Part shown: positions 9,931 to 16,537 of the stretch, piece after piece
Layout of the letters: the number at the start of each line of letters is the position of its first letter
Position numbering within the stretch: the first letter of the stretch is position 1
Source of the DNA: an uncultured Candidatus Saccharimonas sp.
GTDB lineage: Bacteria; Patescibacteriota; Saccharimonadia; Saccharimonadales; Saccharimonadaceae
Direction: 5' to 3'
Assembly (NCBI GenBank): GCA_963528875.1
Contig: CAURWT010000003.1
Location: 1 to 32,000 of the forward strand
Length of the DNA: 32,000 nucleotides
Notes under the pieces: model-generated
What the model was told of the DNA's origin: nothing
Databases searched by the model: none
The model's input: only the letters and a program-made list of their open reading frames with translations
Made by a program: the position numbers and the translations under genes

Positions 9931-9966
9931 ACTACTGTAAGGACTACCTTGCAGTAGTTTTTTTCT
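9931..9966 (+). terminator. Intrinsic terminator of tRNA-Gly
   Basis: 12-bp stem actactgtaagg(9931-9942)/ccttgcagtagt(9947-9958) with one G-U, 4-nt loop, then tttttttctttt. Confidence 0.75.
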
Positions 9967-9974
9967 TTTGTTTT

Positions 9975-10004
9975 AAGGGGCACCTACTGCAAGGGGTGCT
10001 CCTT
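9975..10004 (+). other. Second hairpin whose loop repeats the terminator arm sequence
   Basis: aaggggcacc(9975-9984)/ggtgctcctt(9995-10004); the loop contains ctactgcaagg, which is perfectly complementary to the 3' arm of the preceding terminator. Confidence 0.5.
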
Positions 10005-10205
10005 TTGTTATTTCAATTGAGGCGTTGCCCATATAGCAAAGTCTCATAGAGATAAGAAAAACTCTACTAATCAATTTAAACCTTAACAATTTGGTAAAAA
10101 GTATGAATATAAGATATAAATTTTCACTTTCACCGAACGAAAACCGCAAAAATAGTAAAGATTAAAGATTGTGAGCCAATAGTTTAATGAACAGTGAAAT
10201 AAGTT

Positions 10206-10268
10206 TTCATTAGCTCAGTCGGGCTGATAGGTGCCCACATCCACTATCGGCCTAGCTGAGCTAATGAA
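10206..10268 (+). promoter_or_regulatory. Long imperfect inverted repeat / RNA hairpin just upstream of the first phage ORF
   Basis: 13 perfect bp ttcattagctcag(10206-10218)/ctgagctaatgaa(10256-10268), continued by about 10 more pairs including 3 G-U, 13-nt loop; ends 11 nt before the ATG at 10280. Confidence 0.5.
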
Positions 10269-10279
10269 GAAAGATTTTT

Positions 10280-10564
10280 ATGAAAAATATCAATGAAACC
10301 GAGTTCGAAAAAGAGCTTGAGAAAATCAAGAACTCTAAAATTGAACTCAAACCAACAAAACAAAAACAAGGAGAAAATAAAATGAAAAATATTAAGAAAT
10401 TTAACTACAAGAAATTAATCGAAACTATTAAAACTTTAGTAATTTATACCGCCGTAGTTGCAGGTATTGCATTCTACGCCGGAACTAAAATTGGCGAAAA
10501 TAACGCCAAAGTTCAAAGCGACAAAATAGTTGATACTATTCGAAATTTAAACCAAAACAAGTAA
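10280..10564 (+). CDS. Small single-pass membrane protein (holin-like or membrane anchor)
   Basis: 94 aa; Lys-rich N-terminus, one TM (LVIYTAVVAGIAFYAGT), short C-tail; lies directly upstream of the lysozyme-like ORF. Confidence 0.7.
   Translation: MKNINETEFEKELEKIKNSKIELKPTKQKQGENKMKNIKKFNYKKLIETIKTLVIYTAVVAGIAFYAGTKIGENNAKVQSDKIVDTIRNLNQNK
10543..10549 (+). other. Candidate -1 ribosomal frameshift heptamer A_AAT_TTA
   Basis: X_XXY_YYZ heptamer in the zero frame of the 10280 ORF (cgA AAT TTA). The -1 frame is open from 10534 straight into the 10642 ORF. Confidence 0.3.
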
Positions 10565-10641
10565 GGTCGGAAAAACCTAAAGTTTCACGAATAAAGCCAA
10601 CTCTCGAAGCTGCGACTAAACAACCAAGCTCAGCTCGAACT

Positions 10642-10989
10642 GTGGAGGTTCAAGCTCAGCCCTCGCCCAAAATTGCGAGTTCACAGGTTGCTGGTCGGTG
10701 CGAAGAGTTTCGAGAGATGGTTAAAAAATACCCGTGGAACTCAAAAGTCATGCTGGCAATCGCTCGAGCGGAGAGTAATTGCAATCCAAGATCAGACAAT
10801 TCAGGATTAAACACTAATGGAACTTACGACTACGGATTATTCCAAATTAACAGCGTTCACGGCCACAGCCGAAGCATTCTAGCAAATCCGGCTAAAAACA
10901 CCGAGATTGCTTTCAAAATCTGGCAATCACAGGGCTACCGAGCGTGGGCAGCATATAACAACGGATCTTACTTGAAATTTATGAACTAA
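10642..10989 (+). CDS. Lysozyme-like / lytic-transglycosylase-fold muramidase
   Basis: ARAESNCNP...NGTYDYGLFQINS closely resembles the catalytic Glu/Asp region of lysozyme-like (GH22/GH23-type) domains. The annotated start is GTG with no SD, so the start is uncertain (see the frameshift finding). Confidence 0.75.
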   Translation: MEVQAQPSPKIASSQVAGRCEEFREMVKKYPWNSKVMLAIARAESNCNPRSDNSGLNTNGTYDYGLFQINSVHGHSRSILANPAKNTEIAFKIWQSQGYRAWAAYNNGSYLKFMN

Positions 10990-11007
10990 CCAACATAAGG
11001 AGAAAAT

Positions 11008-11235
11008 ATGAACGATAATCAATTAACCAACCAACAAATTAAAGAATTATTCTTTGAAATCGTTTTGAAAGAAAAAGCTTATATCAAAGATGTCGATTGC
11101 GACGGTAAAAGCTACGCTACAATCGCAGGTGATATATTCGATGAAGATTTTAATGAATATTTAGATAGTATTGGCTTTTGGGAAGAGTCACCAAGTGTTG
11201 AAGCTTGGCGAGAATATAACGAAGGAGGATTTTAA
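11008..11235 (+). CDS. Small acidic hypothetical phage protein
   Basis: 75 aa; strong SD aaggaga 6 nt upstream. Confidence 0.65.
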   Translation: MNDNQLTNQQIKELFFEIVLKEKAYIKDVDCDGKSYATIAGDIFDEDFNEYLDSIGFWEESPSVEAWREYNEGGF

Positions 11236-11236
11236 G

Positions 11237-11917
11237 ATGAATAGTTTAGTTAAATATGTAAATAATGAAGTTAGGATTGAAGAGATAAAAGATTCAGCCC
11301 GATTGAAAACTATCTTAAACAATCCTGTAAATACCAAGTGGCTTAAGACTCACCCTACAGTCAAAAACGTCAAATATCTGCCGATCGATAAAATTGAAAT
11401 TTTACTTGATATGATTTTTCAAGAATGGCGGATTGAGCTTTTGAGTGTTTCTCAGCTTGCACAAAGCGTTTGCGTAACGGTTCGGGTTCACTACAAAAAC
11501 CCAATCACTGGCGAGTGGAGTTTCCACGATGGTGTTGGCGCAAGCCCACTTCAAACTAATGCTGGAAAATCTGCTGCAGACCTTGCGAATATCAAGAATA
11601 ATGCAGTTCAATTGGCCGCACCTGCTGCTAAATCTTATGCAATTAAAGATGCAGTTGAACATCTTGGTAAAATGTTTGGTCGAGATCTTAATCGAAGTGA
11701 TACGGTCGGCTATAAATTTTTATATAAAGATGAGCAGGAGCAGCAAAAAGAAGTTAAAGATAATTCGCAAGAACTCATCGCTCAGCTTAAAGCTTCAAAA
11801 AGCCTTAAAGAACTTCAAGCTAATTTTGTAAAAGGAGTTAACCAATTCAAAGGTAATAACGAAGTAATCGCGGAATTAATTAAAATTAAGGACGAATTGA
11901 AAGGCAAATTGAAATAA
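11237..11917 (+). CDS. Single-strand annealing protein, Rad52/Sak-like
   Basis: Start moved to the ATG at 11237 (SD aaggagga; the track start 11171 overlaps the previous gene). HDGVGAS...AAKSYAIKDAVEHLGKMFGRDL resembles the Rad52-family G.G...K.A.TDA.KRA..FG core. Followed by an exonuclease. Confidence 0.7.
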   Translation: MNSLVKYVNNEVRIEEIKDSARLKTILNNPVNTKWLKTHPTVKNVKYLPIDKIEILLDMIFQEWRIELLSVSQLAQSVCVTVRVHYKNPITGEWSFHDGVGASPLQTNAGKSAADLANIKNNAVQLAAPAAKSYAIKDAVEHLGKMFGRDLNRSDTVGYKFLYKDEQEQQKEVKDNSQELIAQLKASKSLKELQANFVKGVNQFKGNNEVIAELIKIKDELKGKLK

Positions 11918-12720
11918 TGAAAATCTTAAATCTTGAACAACGATCAGATGAATGGCTACACTTCCGTGAAGGTAAAATCTCCGGAAGTAAAGCCAAGGAG
12001 TTCGGCACACCACGCACTGTTTTAAAATCTGAATGGTTAGAGCTTGCGGAAAAGTTAAAAGTTGAGATTCCTTTAAACCAAAAAGGTCAACCAAAAAACT
12101 TAACAATTCAAGAACTTAAAGACTTGATTGGTGAAGCTGAAGTTGAAAAGAAAGAGTGCGAAGTTGAACTTGGCGATGCGATTTATAAACTTATCGCTGA
12201 ACGAATTGCGAAACCAATCAACGAGAACGATTATGTAGATCGTTTAAATGGTCGCAAATATTCCGCTGCACTTCGTGGTGAAATTCTCGAAGAAGAATCC
12301 CGCGAAAAAGTCGCGCAAAAACTTCGCAAAGAAATTATCGAAGGTCGAGTATGGCAATCTGATATTAACGAAAACATTATTTGTTCACCAGATGGCGAGA
12401 TTGTAAATAAAAATGGCGAAATCACTGAAGCAGTTGAAATTAAATGTTTAGACAACTGGAAACAAGTACGAGCCTTTTATGAACAACAACCACCTAGCGA
12501 ATACAAACAGCAAATTATTCAATATTTTGCAGTTAACGAAAAACTCGAAAAGCTCTATTTTGCAATGTATTCAGACTCTTTCGCTCTTGCACCACAGCTT
12601 GAACTCTTAATTTTTGAGCTTAACCGCAAAGATTTCGAAAAAGAAATTCAGCGAGCGATTTATTTCGAACAATCTGCACTTGCGTTAGTAGAACAAGAAG
12701 TAGAAAAACTATTATTTTAA
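11917..12720 (+). CDS. YqaJ-like (lambda-Exo-type, PD-(D/E)XK) recombination exonuclease
   Basis: N-terminal QRSDEWLHFREGKISGSKA (YqaJ signature); SPDGEI...EAVEIKC D..E.K motif; translationally coupled (TAATG) to the annealase. Confidence 0.8.
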   Translation: MKILNLEQRSDEWLHFREGKISGSKAKEFGTPRTVLKSEWLELAEKLKVEIPLNQKGQPKNLTIQELKDLIGEAEVEKKECEVELGDAIYKLIAERIAKPINENDYVDRLNGRKYSAALRGEILEEESREKVAQKLRKEIIEGRVWQSDINENIICSPDGEIVNKNGEITEAVEIKCLDNWKQVRAFYEQQPPSEYKQQIIQYFAVNEKLEKLYFAMYSDSFALAPQLELLIFELNRKDFEKEIQRAIYFEQSALALVEQEVEKLLF

Positions 12721-12731
12721 GAAAGGATTTT

Positions 12732-13283
12732 ATGACTCAGGAAGAACTTAGAAACATTACAATCACACCAGAAGAAACTAGAGAAAGCGGCTATTTCGAA
12801 TTTGGTGTGCATGAAGTAAGAATTGCTAAAACCAAGATTGATAAGCATGACAATAAGCCTTACGCTGAAATCTTTGTTGAAAATGAATCAGCAGAAGATC
12901 GCGCGCGGCTTTGGTTGCACACTCCCGATACTCGCCGAATCTCAATTGATACTGTGCGGAGAATCTTAGTTCACAATCAGGAAGATGATAGCATTAAACA
13001 AAAGATTCGTGAGAAAATCCAGCAAATTAAAAACTTGGCAGATTTTGCAGCACTTCTTGAAAAAACAGTTGGCTGCACCGCTTGGTTCAAAGTTAGCGAA
13101 GATGAAGACCGAACTTATGAGAAGGACGGCAAGGTTAAAAAATCGATCAACCGCCGGATTTACGGCTATGAGCCAAAATCTGATACTCCAAAAACTCAGA
13201 CTGAAGCTAAATCTGAAACTCAAGAACCCGAAACACCTGATAACTTTGATGAACCAGTTGATTTAAGTGATATTCCTTTTTAA
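12732..13283 (+). CDS. Putative ssDNA-binding protein (non-canonical, DUF669-like) with an SSB-type acidic tip
   Basis: 183 aa; acidic C-terminal tail ending DEPVDLSDIPF, like the DDDIPF tip of SSBs; position within the recombination module. Confidence 0.6.
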   Translation: MTQEELRNITITPEETRESGYFEFGVHEVRIAKTKIDKHDNKPYAEIFVENESAEDRARLWLHTPDTRRISIDTVRRILVHNQEDDSIKQKIREKIQQIKNLADFAALLEKTVGCTAWFKVSEDEDRTYEKDGKVKKSINRRIYGYEPKSDTPKTQTEAKSETQEPETPDNFDEPVDLSDIPF

Positions 13284-13292
13284 GGAGTGGAA

Positions 13293-13700
13293 ATGATCAA
13301 GAAAGAAGAACTCTTACACCTTAAAGTTTGCGATTATCTGCGCAAGAACTACCCTGATGTGTTATTTCGCACAGATTTTAGCTCAGGTATGAAAATGAGC
13401 CCAGGCCAAGCCGCCAAGCACAAGAAATTTCAGAAAGGACGAGCTTGGCCGGATTTGTTCATTGCTGAAAGTAATAACTTCGCGAGCGGTCTATTTCTCG
13501 AAATTAAAGCTGAAAATGTTATTGTTTTTAAGAAGAATGGCGAAATTAGGCAGAATAAACATTTAATCGAGCAAGATAAAATGCTTAAAGAGCTAAGGAG
13601 TAAAGGTTATCGCGCAAGATTCGTGATTGGATATGATAAAGCAATTTTCGAAATTCAGCAATATCTTGGCGAACCAAAACCAAAGAAAGTCGAATTCTGA
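13293..13700 (+). CDS. VRR-NUC-type PD-(D/E)XK nuclease
   Basis: GRAWPDLFI...GLFLEIK...Q..ML..L...GY pattern. ATG at 13293 preferred over GTG at 13287 (SD aaggag at 13282-13287). Confidence 0.7.
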   Translation: MIKKEELLHLKVCDYLRKNYPDVLFRTDFSSGMKMSPGQAAKHKKFQKGRAWPDLFIAESNNFASGLFLEIKAENVIVFKKNGEIRQNKHLIEQDKMLKELRSKGYRARFVIGYDKAIFEIQQYLGEPKPKKVEF

Positions 13701-13762
13701 TGAGTAAAAAAGCATTGCGCAAGAAGCAACGAAGAAAGAGAAAGAAACTAATCAATGAATGA
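13700..13762 (+). CDS. Micro-ORF, 20-aa highly basic peptide (MSKKALRKKQRRKRKKLINE)
   Basis: TGATG stop/start overlap with the nuclease gene; it also overlaps the next ATG. Below the ORF-track size cut-off. Confidence 0.3.
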   Translation: MSKKALRKKQRRKRKKLINE

Positions 13763-13898
13763 TTTTACAGTTAGATGGAAAGACGAAAAAGGTGTCGAGC
13801 ACTCTAAAAACTATAAAAACATAAACGATGCAACATATGCTCGCAACTGGTTATTGAAACACGGCGCTAAACAAGTTGAAATATTTATCAATAAATAA
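13755..13898 (+). CDS. Small hypothetical phage protein (47 aa)
   Basis: Hand-translated: MNDFTVRWKDEKGVEHSKNYKNINDATYARNWLLKHGAKQVEIFINK; fills an otherwise empty gap. Confidence 0.45.
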   Translation: MNDFTVRWKDEKGVEHSKNYKNINDATYARNWLLKHGAKQVEIFINK

Positions 13899-13907
13899 AG
13901 GAGGAAT

Positions 13908-13979
13908 ATGAAAATTGAAGTTATCGATAAATCTACTAATAGACAGATGATATCAGTTGAGATAGTCCCTGCTCTATGA
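13908..13979 (+). CDS. Micro-ORF, 23 aa (MKIEVIDKSTNRQMISVEIVPAL)
   Basis: Strong SD aaggagga 4-5 nt upstream of the ATG; no homology inferable. Confidence 0.3.
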   Translation: MKIEVIDKSTNRQMISVEIVPAL

Positions 13980-14019
13980 AAGCGTTATATAGAAACTTAA
14001 ATATTAAAAGGAGAAAGAA

Positions 14020-14235
14020 ATGGCAGGGAACAGAACAGGTGGCTTAAAAACCGCCGCAAAAAATAAGGAAAAATTCGGCAAAGATTTTTACGCCCGAATC
14101 GGCAAAAAGGGTGGGCAAAACGGCAAAACTGGCGGATTTTATAATAATCCAGAGCTAGCTAGACGCGCTGGGCGAAAAGGTGGTATAACTAGTAAGCGTG
14201 GTATGGCAAGGAAGGACAGTTATGAGGCAGCCTGA
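14020..14235 (+). CDS. KGG-repeat stress-induced protein homologue (YciG/GsiB-like)
   Basis: IGKKGGQNGKTGGFYNNPELARRAGRKGG matches the KGG repeat pattern (..AG.KGGQ..GG.F..DPE.A..AG.KGG) of YciG-type proteins; SD aaaggaga. Confidence 0.75.
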   Translation: MAGNRTGGLKTAAKNKEKFGKDFYARIGKKGGQNGKTGGFYNNPELARRAGRKGGITSKRGMARKDSYEAA

Positions 14236-14431
14236 CATTAATCACCTAATTATGCAAGACTTGAAATTTAAAATGTCGGCTTGGCGAGCAATTGCGATCA
14301 TTACTCTAATACTCTTTTCGGGTGCGATTGGATTGTTTATCGGCTCAGAAGCTGAACTCAAAAGTACTAAAGCTAAGCTAAACGCCGTAGCCAATGGTTC
14401 GCAAGATTATTATTGCAAGGAGACCAAATAA
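14222..14431 (+). CDS. Small single-pass membrane protein
   Basis: Start at MRQPD (SD aaggaagga); TM segment AIAIITLILFSGAIGLFIG. Confidence 0.6.
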   Translation: MRQPDINHLIMQDLKFKMSAWRAIAIITLILFSGAIGLFIGSEAELKSTKAKLNAVANGSQDYYCKETK

Positions 14432-14694
14432 TGTTTTATGAAATTATAGAAGCTAAATATGACAGTAGTAAAAATCCAGACGAAGTAAGAACTACCGTTG
14501 GTAGATATCAGCTTTTTGAGAGAGCCACTGCTGATGCAAGAGAATTTTATAAAGAAAACAAGCCAGAAGATTATAAAACAATAGTTAGTGAAGACCTCTA
14601 TGCAAATTTCCTCCAAATAGCCGAAAAACTCGATGAAAATGGAAGAATCCAACAGTATATGGTTGAAGTTCAAGAAGTCCAATTTGATGACTAA
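14431..14694 (+). CDS. Small acidic hypothetical phage protein
   Basis: 87 aa from MFYEII; TAATG coupling to the previous ORF; SD aaggaga. Confidence 0.6.
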   Translation: MFYEIIEAKYDSSKNPDEVRTTVGRYQLFERATADAREFYKENKPEDYKTIVSEDLYANFLQIAEKLDENGRIQQYMVEVQEVQFDD

Positions 14695-14708
14695 CAAAGG
14701 AGTAAAAA

Positions 14709-15239
14709 ATGAAACAATATAAACTACTAAAAGATATGCCATTCGCAAAAGCTGGTGATATAGTGGAAATGTGGAGCGATGGGACTATGGCTTTTGCAGG
14801 CAAGCCCAATCTTCCACGATTTAATAAGGAAGATATACGAATGTTCCCACTATGGTTTGAAGAAGTTGAAGATTATTTCTATATCACCACAGATGGTTCT
14901 GTATGGTTATGTCCTAAAAATAAAGATAAGGAATTGGACAAGAACAGAAAAGCAATCGGCAACTATTTTGAAACAATCGAAGAAGCGGAAAAATACCTTG
15001 AATACCTAAAAGCTAAAACAATTATCAAACAAGATGCCAAAGGCTTTAGACCTGATTGGAATAATCATTTTGAAGATAGATACTATGCTCATTGGAATTT
15101 TGACCAAAATGAAAGCACCTGGGAGCGTGAAACCTCGTGCAAAAGTCAAGAGTTTTATTTCAAATCTCGTGAAGACCTAGAGGAAAGTTTTGAAAAACAC
15201 CCAGATGAGTGGAGAACTTATCTAACCTATGAGCAATAA
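14709..15239 (+). CDS. Hypothetical phage protein (176 aa)
   Basis: SD aaaggag 7 nt upstream; no recognisable motif. Confidence 0.65.
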   Translation: MKQYKLLKDMPFAKAGDIVEMWSDGTMAFAGKPNLPRFNKEDIRMFPLWFEEVEDYFYITTDGSVWLCPKNKDKELDKNRKAIGNYFETIEEAEKYLEYLKAKTIIKQDAKGFRPDWNNHFEDRYYAHWNFDQNESTWERETSCKSQEFYFKSREDLEESFEKHPDEWRTYLTYEQ

Positions 15240-15265
15240 AATCTCATAAAACCTTAACAATTCAA

Positions 15266-15702
15266 TTCCAGCCTTACAAGGGGCGAAAGCCCGAATGTTC
15301 TAAAATATTTACGCAAAGGGAGGATTAAACTTTTTAATCGTCCCTTGTAGGGCTGGAAACTGACTGTATTCTAGATAGGAGGAGACGCTGAGTCCCAGAA
15401 TGGGGTAAGCAATATGCCGAGCACTCTCAATGCTTTTGCCTTCCTTTCAGTTTTTCAGTCCTACGCCCTGCCATATGGCGTTAAACTGGGCGTCGCAAAA
15501 CCTAATTTTATCCGTTCGAAAAACGGTTGCTTATAAAATATAATATGTCATAAATTCATAATAGTGGCGAAAGAAATTTCGCCCCTCGAACCTGAACATA
15601 ACTAAAAAACTATAAATAATATTTAATAGAGGTAGTAAATATAGTAATAGGTTGAGCGTATTAGCGTCCGTATACGCAAAAAGTTATGTTCAGATTTGAG
15701 GG
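15266..15702 (+). ncRNA. Candidate large structured non-coding RNA, class unknown
   Basis: 534-bp gap with no + strand ORF of 60 aa or more. It contains:
- long-range helices 15266-15280/15344-15358 and 15584-15602/15683-15701;
- GAAA-tetraloop hairpins 15281-15292 and 15566-15583;
- further hairpins 15323-15339, 15512-15526 and 15656-15677.
The G-U pairs and GNRA loops only work on the + strand. Confidence 0.5.
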
Positions 15703-15773
15703 ACTAAGCAGAAACAAGCACCTTCAACACGATCATAAGCACATACCTCAATAATATTAAAGGAGAACAAAGA

Positions 15774-16001
15774 ATGGAAAATGAAGATAAATCAATAAAC
15801 ATATCAACTAACGGCGGTATAGGCTTTTTAGGAGTATTAACAATTCTGTTTATTGTTTTAAAACTAACTAATGTGATTGATTGGAGTTGGTGGTGGGTTC
15901 TCTCACCTATCTGGATACCAGTCGCAGTAGTTCTTGGAATTATTGCGATTGTAGCTATTGTGGCGTTGTTTGTAAAATTTATAGTAAACGAATTGAGGTA
16001 G
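15774..16001 (+). CDS. Small two-TM membrane protein
   Basis: 75 aa; two hydrophobic segments with a WSWWW motif between them; SD aaggaga. Confidence 0.65.
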   Translation: MENEDKSINISTNGGIGFLGVLTILFIVLKLTNVIDWSWWWVLSPIWIPVAVVLGIIAIVAIVALFVKFIVNELR

Positions 16002-16003
16002 AT

Positions 16004-16282
16004 ATGAAAAATACAGAATGGAATAAGCTTACCACAAGACCTCTTAATAATGAAGAAAAAGAGGTTTACGGAAATAGATTTGACTTTATGTGGGAAGGCA
16101 ATCAACCTGAAATAGGTGAAGAAGTTCTTGTTTATACACTTCGAAGCAAAGAAGTATATACAGATATTTGGACTGATGATTTTAATTATGGTCTCGGTTT
16201 TGAAAATACAGATGAAAAAGTCGTTTATTGGATGAGTTTCCCAGAACCACCAAGTATAGTTTCAATTCAGAAAAAAGGATAA
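16004..16282 (+). CDS. DUF551-like phage protein
   Basis: Start moved to the ATG at 16004 (SD gaggt; track start 15881 overlaps the previous gene). The ending VVYWMSFPEPP resembles the DUF551 C-terminal W.P.PepP motif. Confidence 0.55.
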   Translation: MKNTEWNKLTTRPLNNEEKEVYGNRFDFMWEGNQPEIGEEVLVYTLRSKEVYTDIWTDDFNYGLGFENTDEKVVYWMSFPEPPSIVSIQKKG

Positions 16283-16285
16283 GAA

Positions 16286-16537
16286 ATGAATAAAGCGGAA
16301 AAATGGAATTTCGAAAAACAAGAATACGAAGATTATGAATTGCCAGATAACTGTCCCCTAGTCTGCCACAATATGGAGAAAATAATAAATTGTGCAAATT
16401 GTAGAAAGAAATTCAAATTTGGAGATGGCTATTGTAGTAGAACAATTCACAATGAATATGGCTTCGGTTATCCAGTATGCGAAGAATGCTATAAAAAAGA
16501 ATTAGAAAATGAGAGGAAGTATAAAGAATATGTTTAA
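16286..16537 (+). CDS. Cys-rich zinc-ribbon-like small protein
   Basis: 83 aa with CPLVCH, CANC and CEEC pairs. Confidence 0.6.
   Translation: MNKAEKWNFEKQEYEDYELPDNCPLVCHNMEKIINCANCRKKFKFGDGYCSRTIHNEYGFGYPVCEECYKKELENERKYKEYV

Noticed and set aside
10200-10275. Possible second tRNA or tRNA pseudogene because of TTAGCTCAGTCGGG
   Set aside because: The sequence folds into one long hairpin. No anticodon arm, T-arm or acceptor pairing can be drawn. Only the 10-nt D-arm-like string matches.
10625-10645. cagctcgaactgtgg upstream of the lysozyme ORF as a fourth late-motif copy
   Set aside because: It shares only AGCTCGA and has an extra base. No ACTATTT and no AT-rich -10-like block follow. It also lies in the open -1 frame linker.
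15240-15773. Structured region as a group I/II intron, retron msr/msd, tRNA/tmRNA, or as coding for the 40-aa ORF at 15414-15536
   Set aside because: - The flanking ORFs are complete, unrelated small genes with their own stop and SD, so there is no split exon.
- No reverse transcriptase or homing endonuclease is nearby.
- No acceptor/T-arm-like 3' end was seen.
- The 40-aa ORF has no convincing SD and runs through paired helices.
An unclassified structured RNA remains the best reading.
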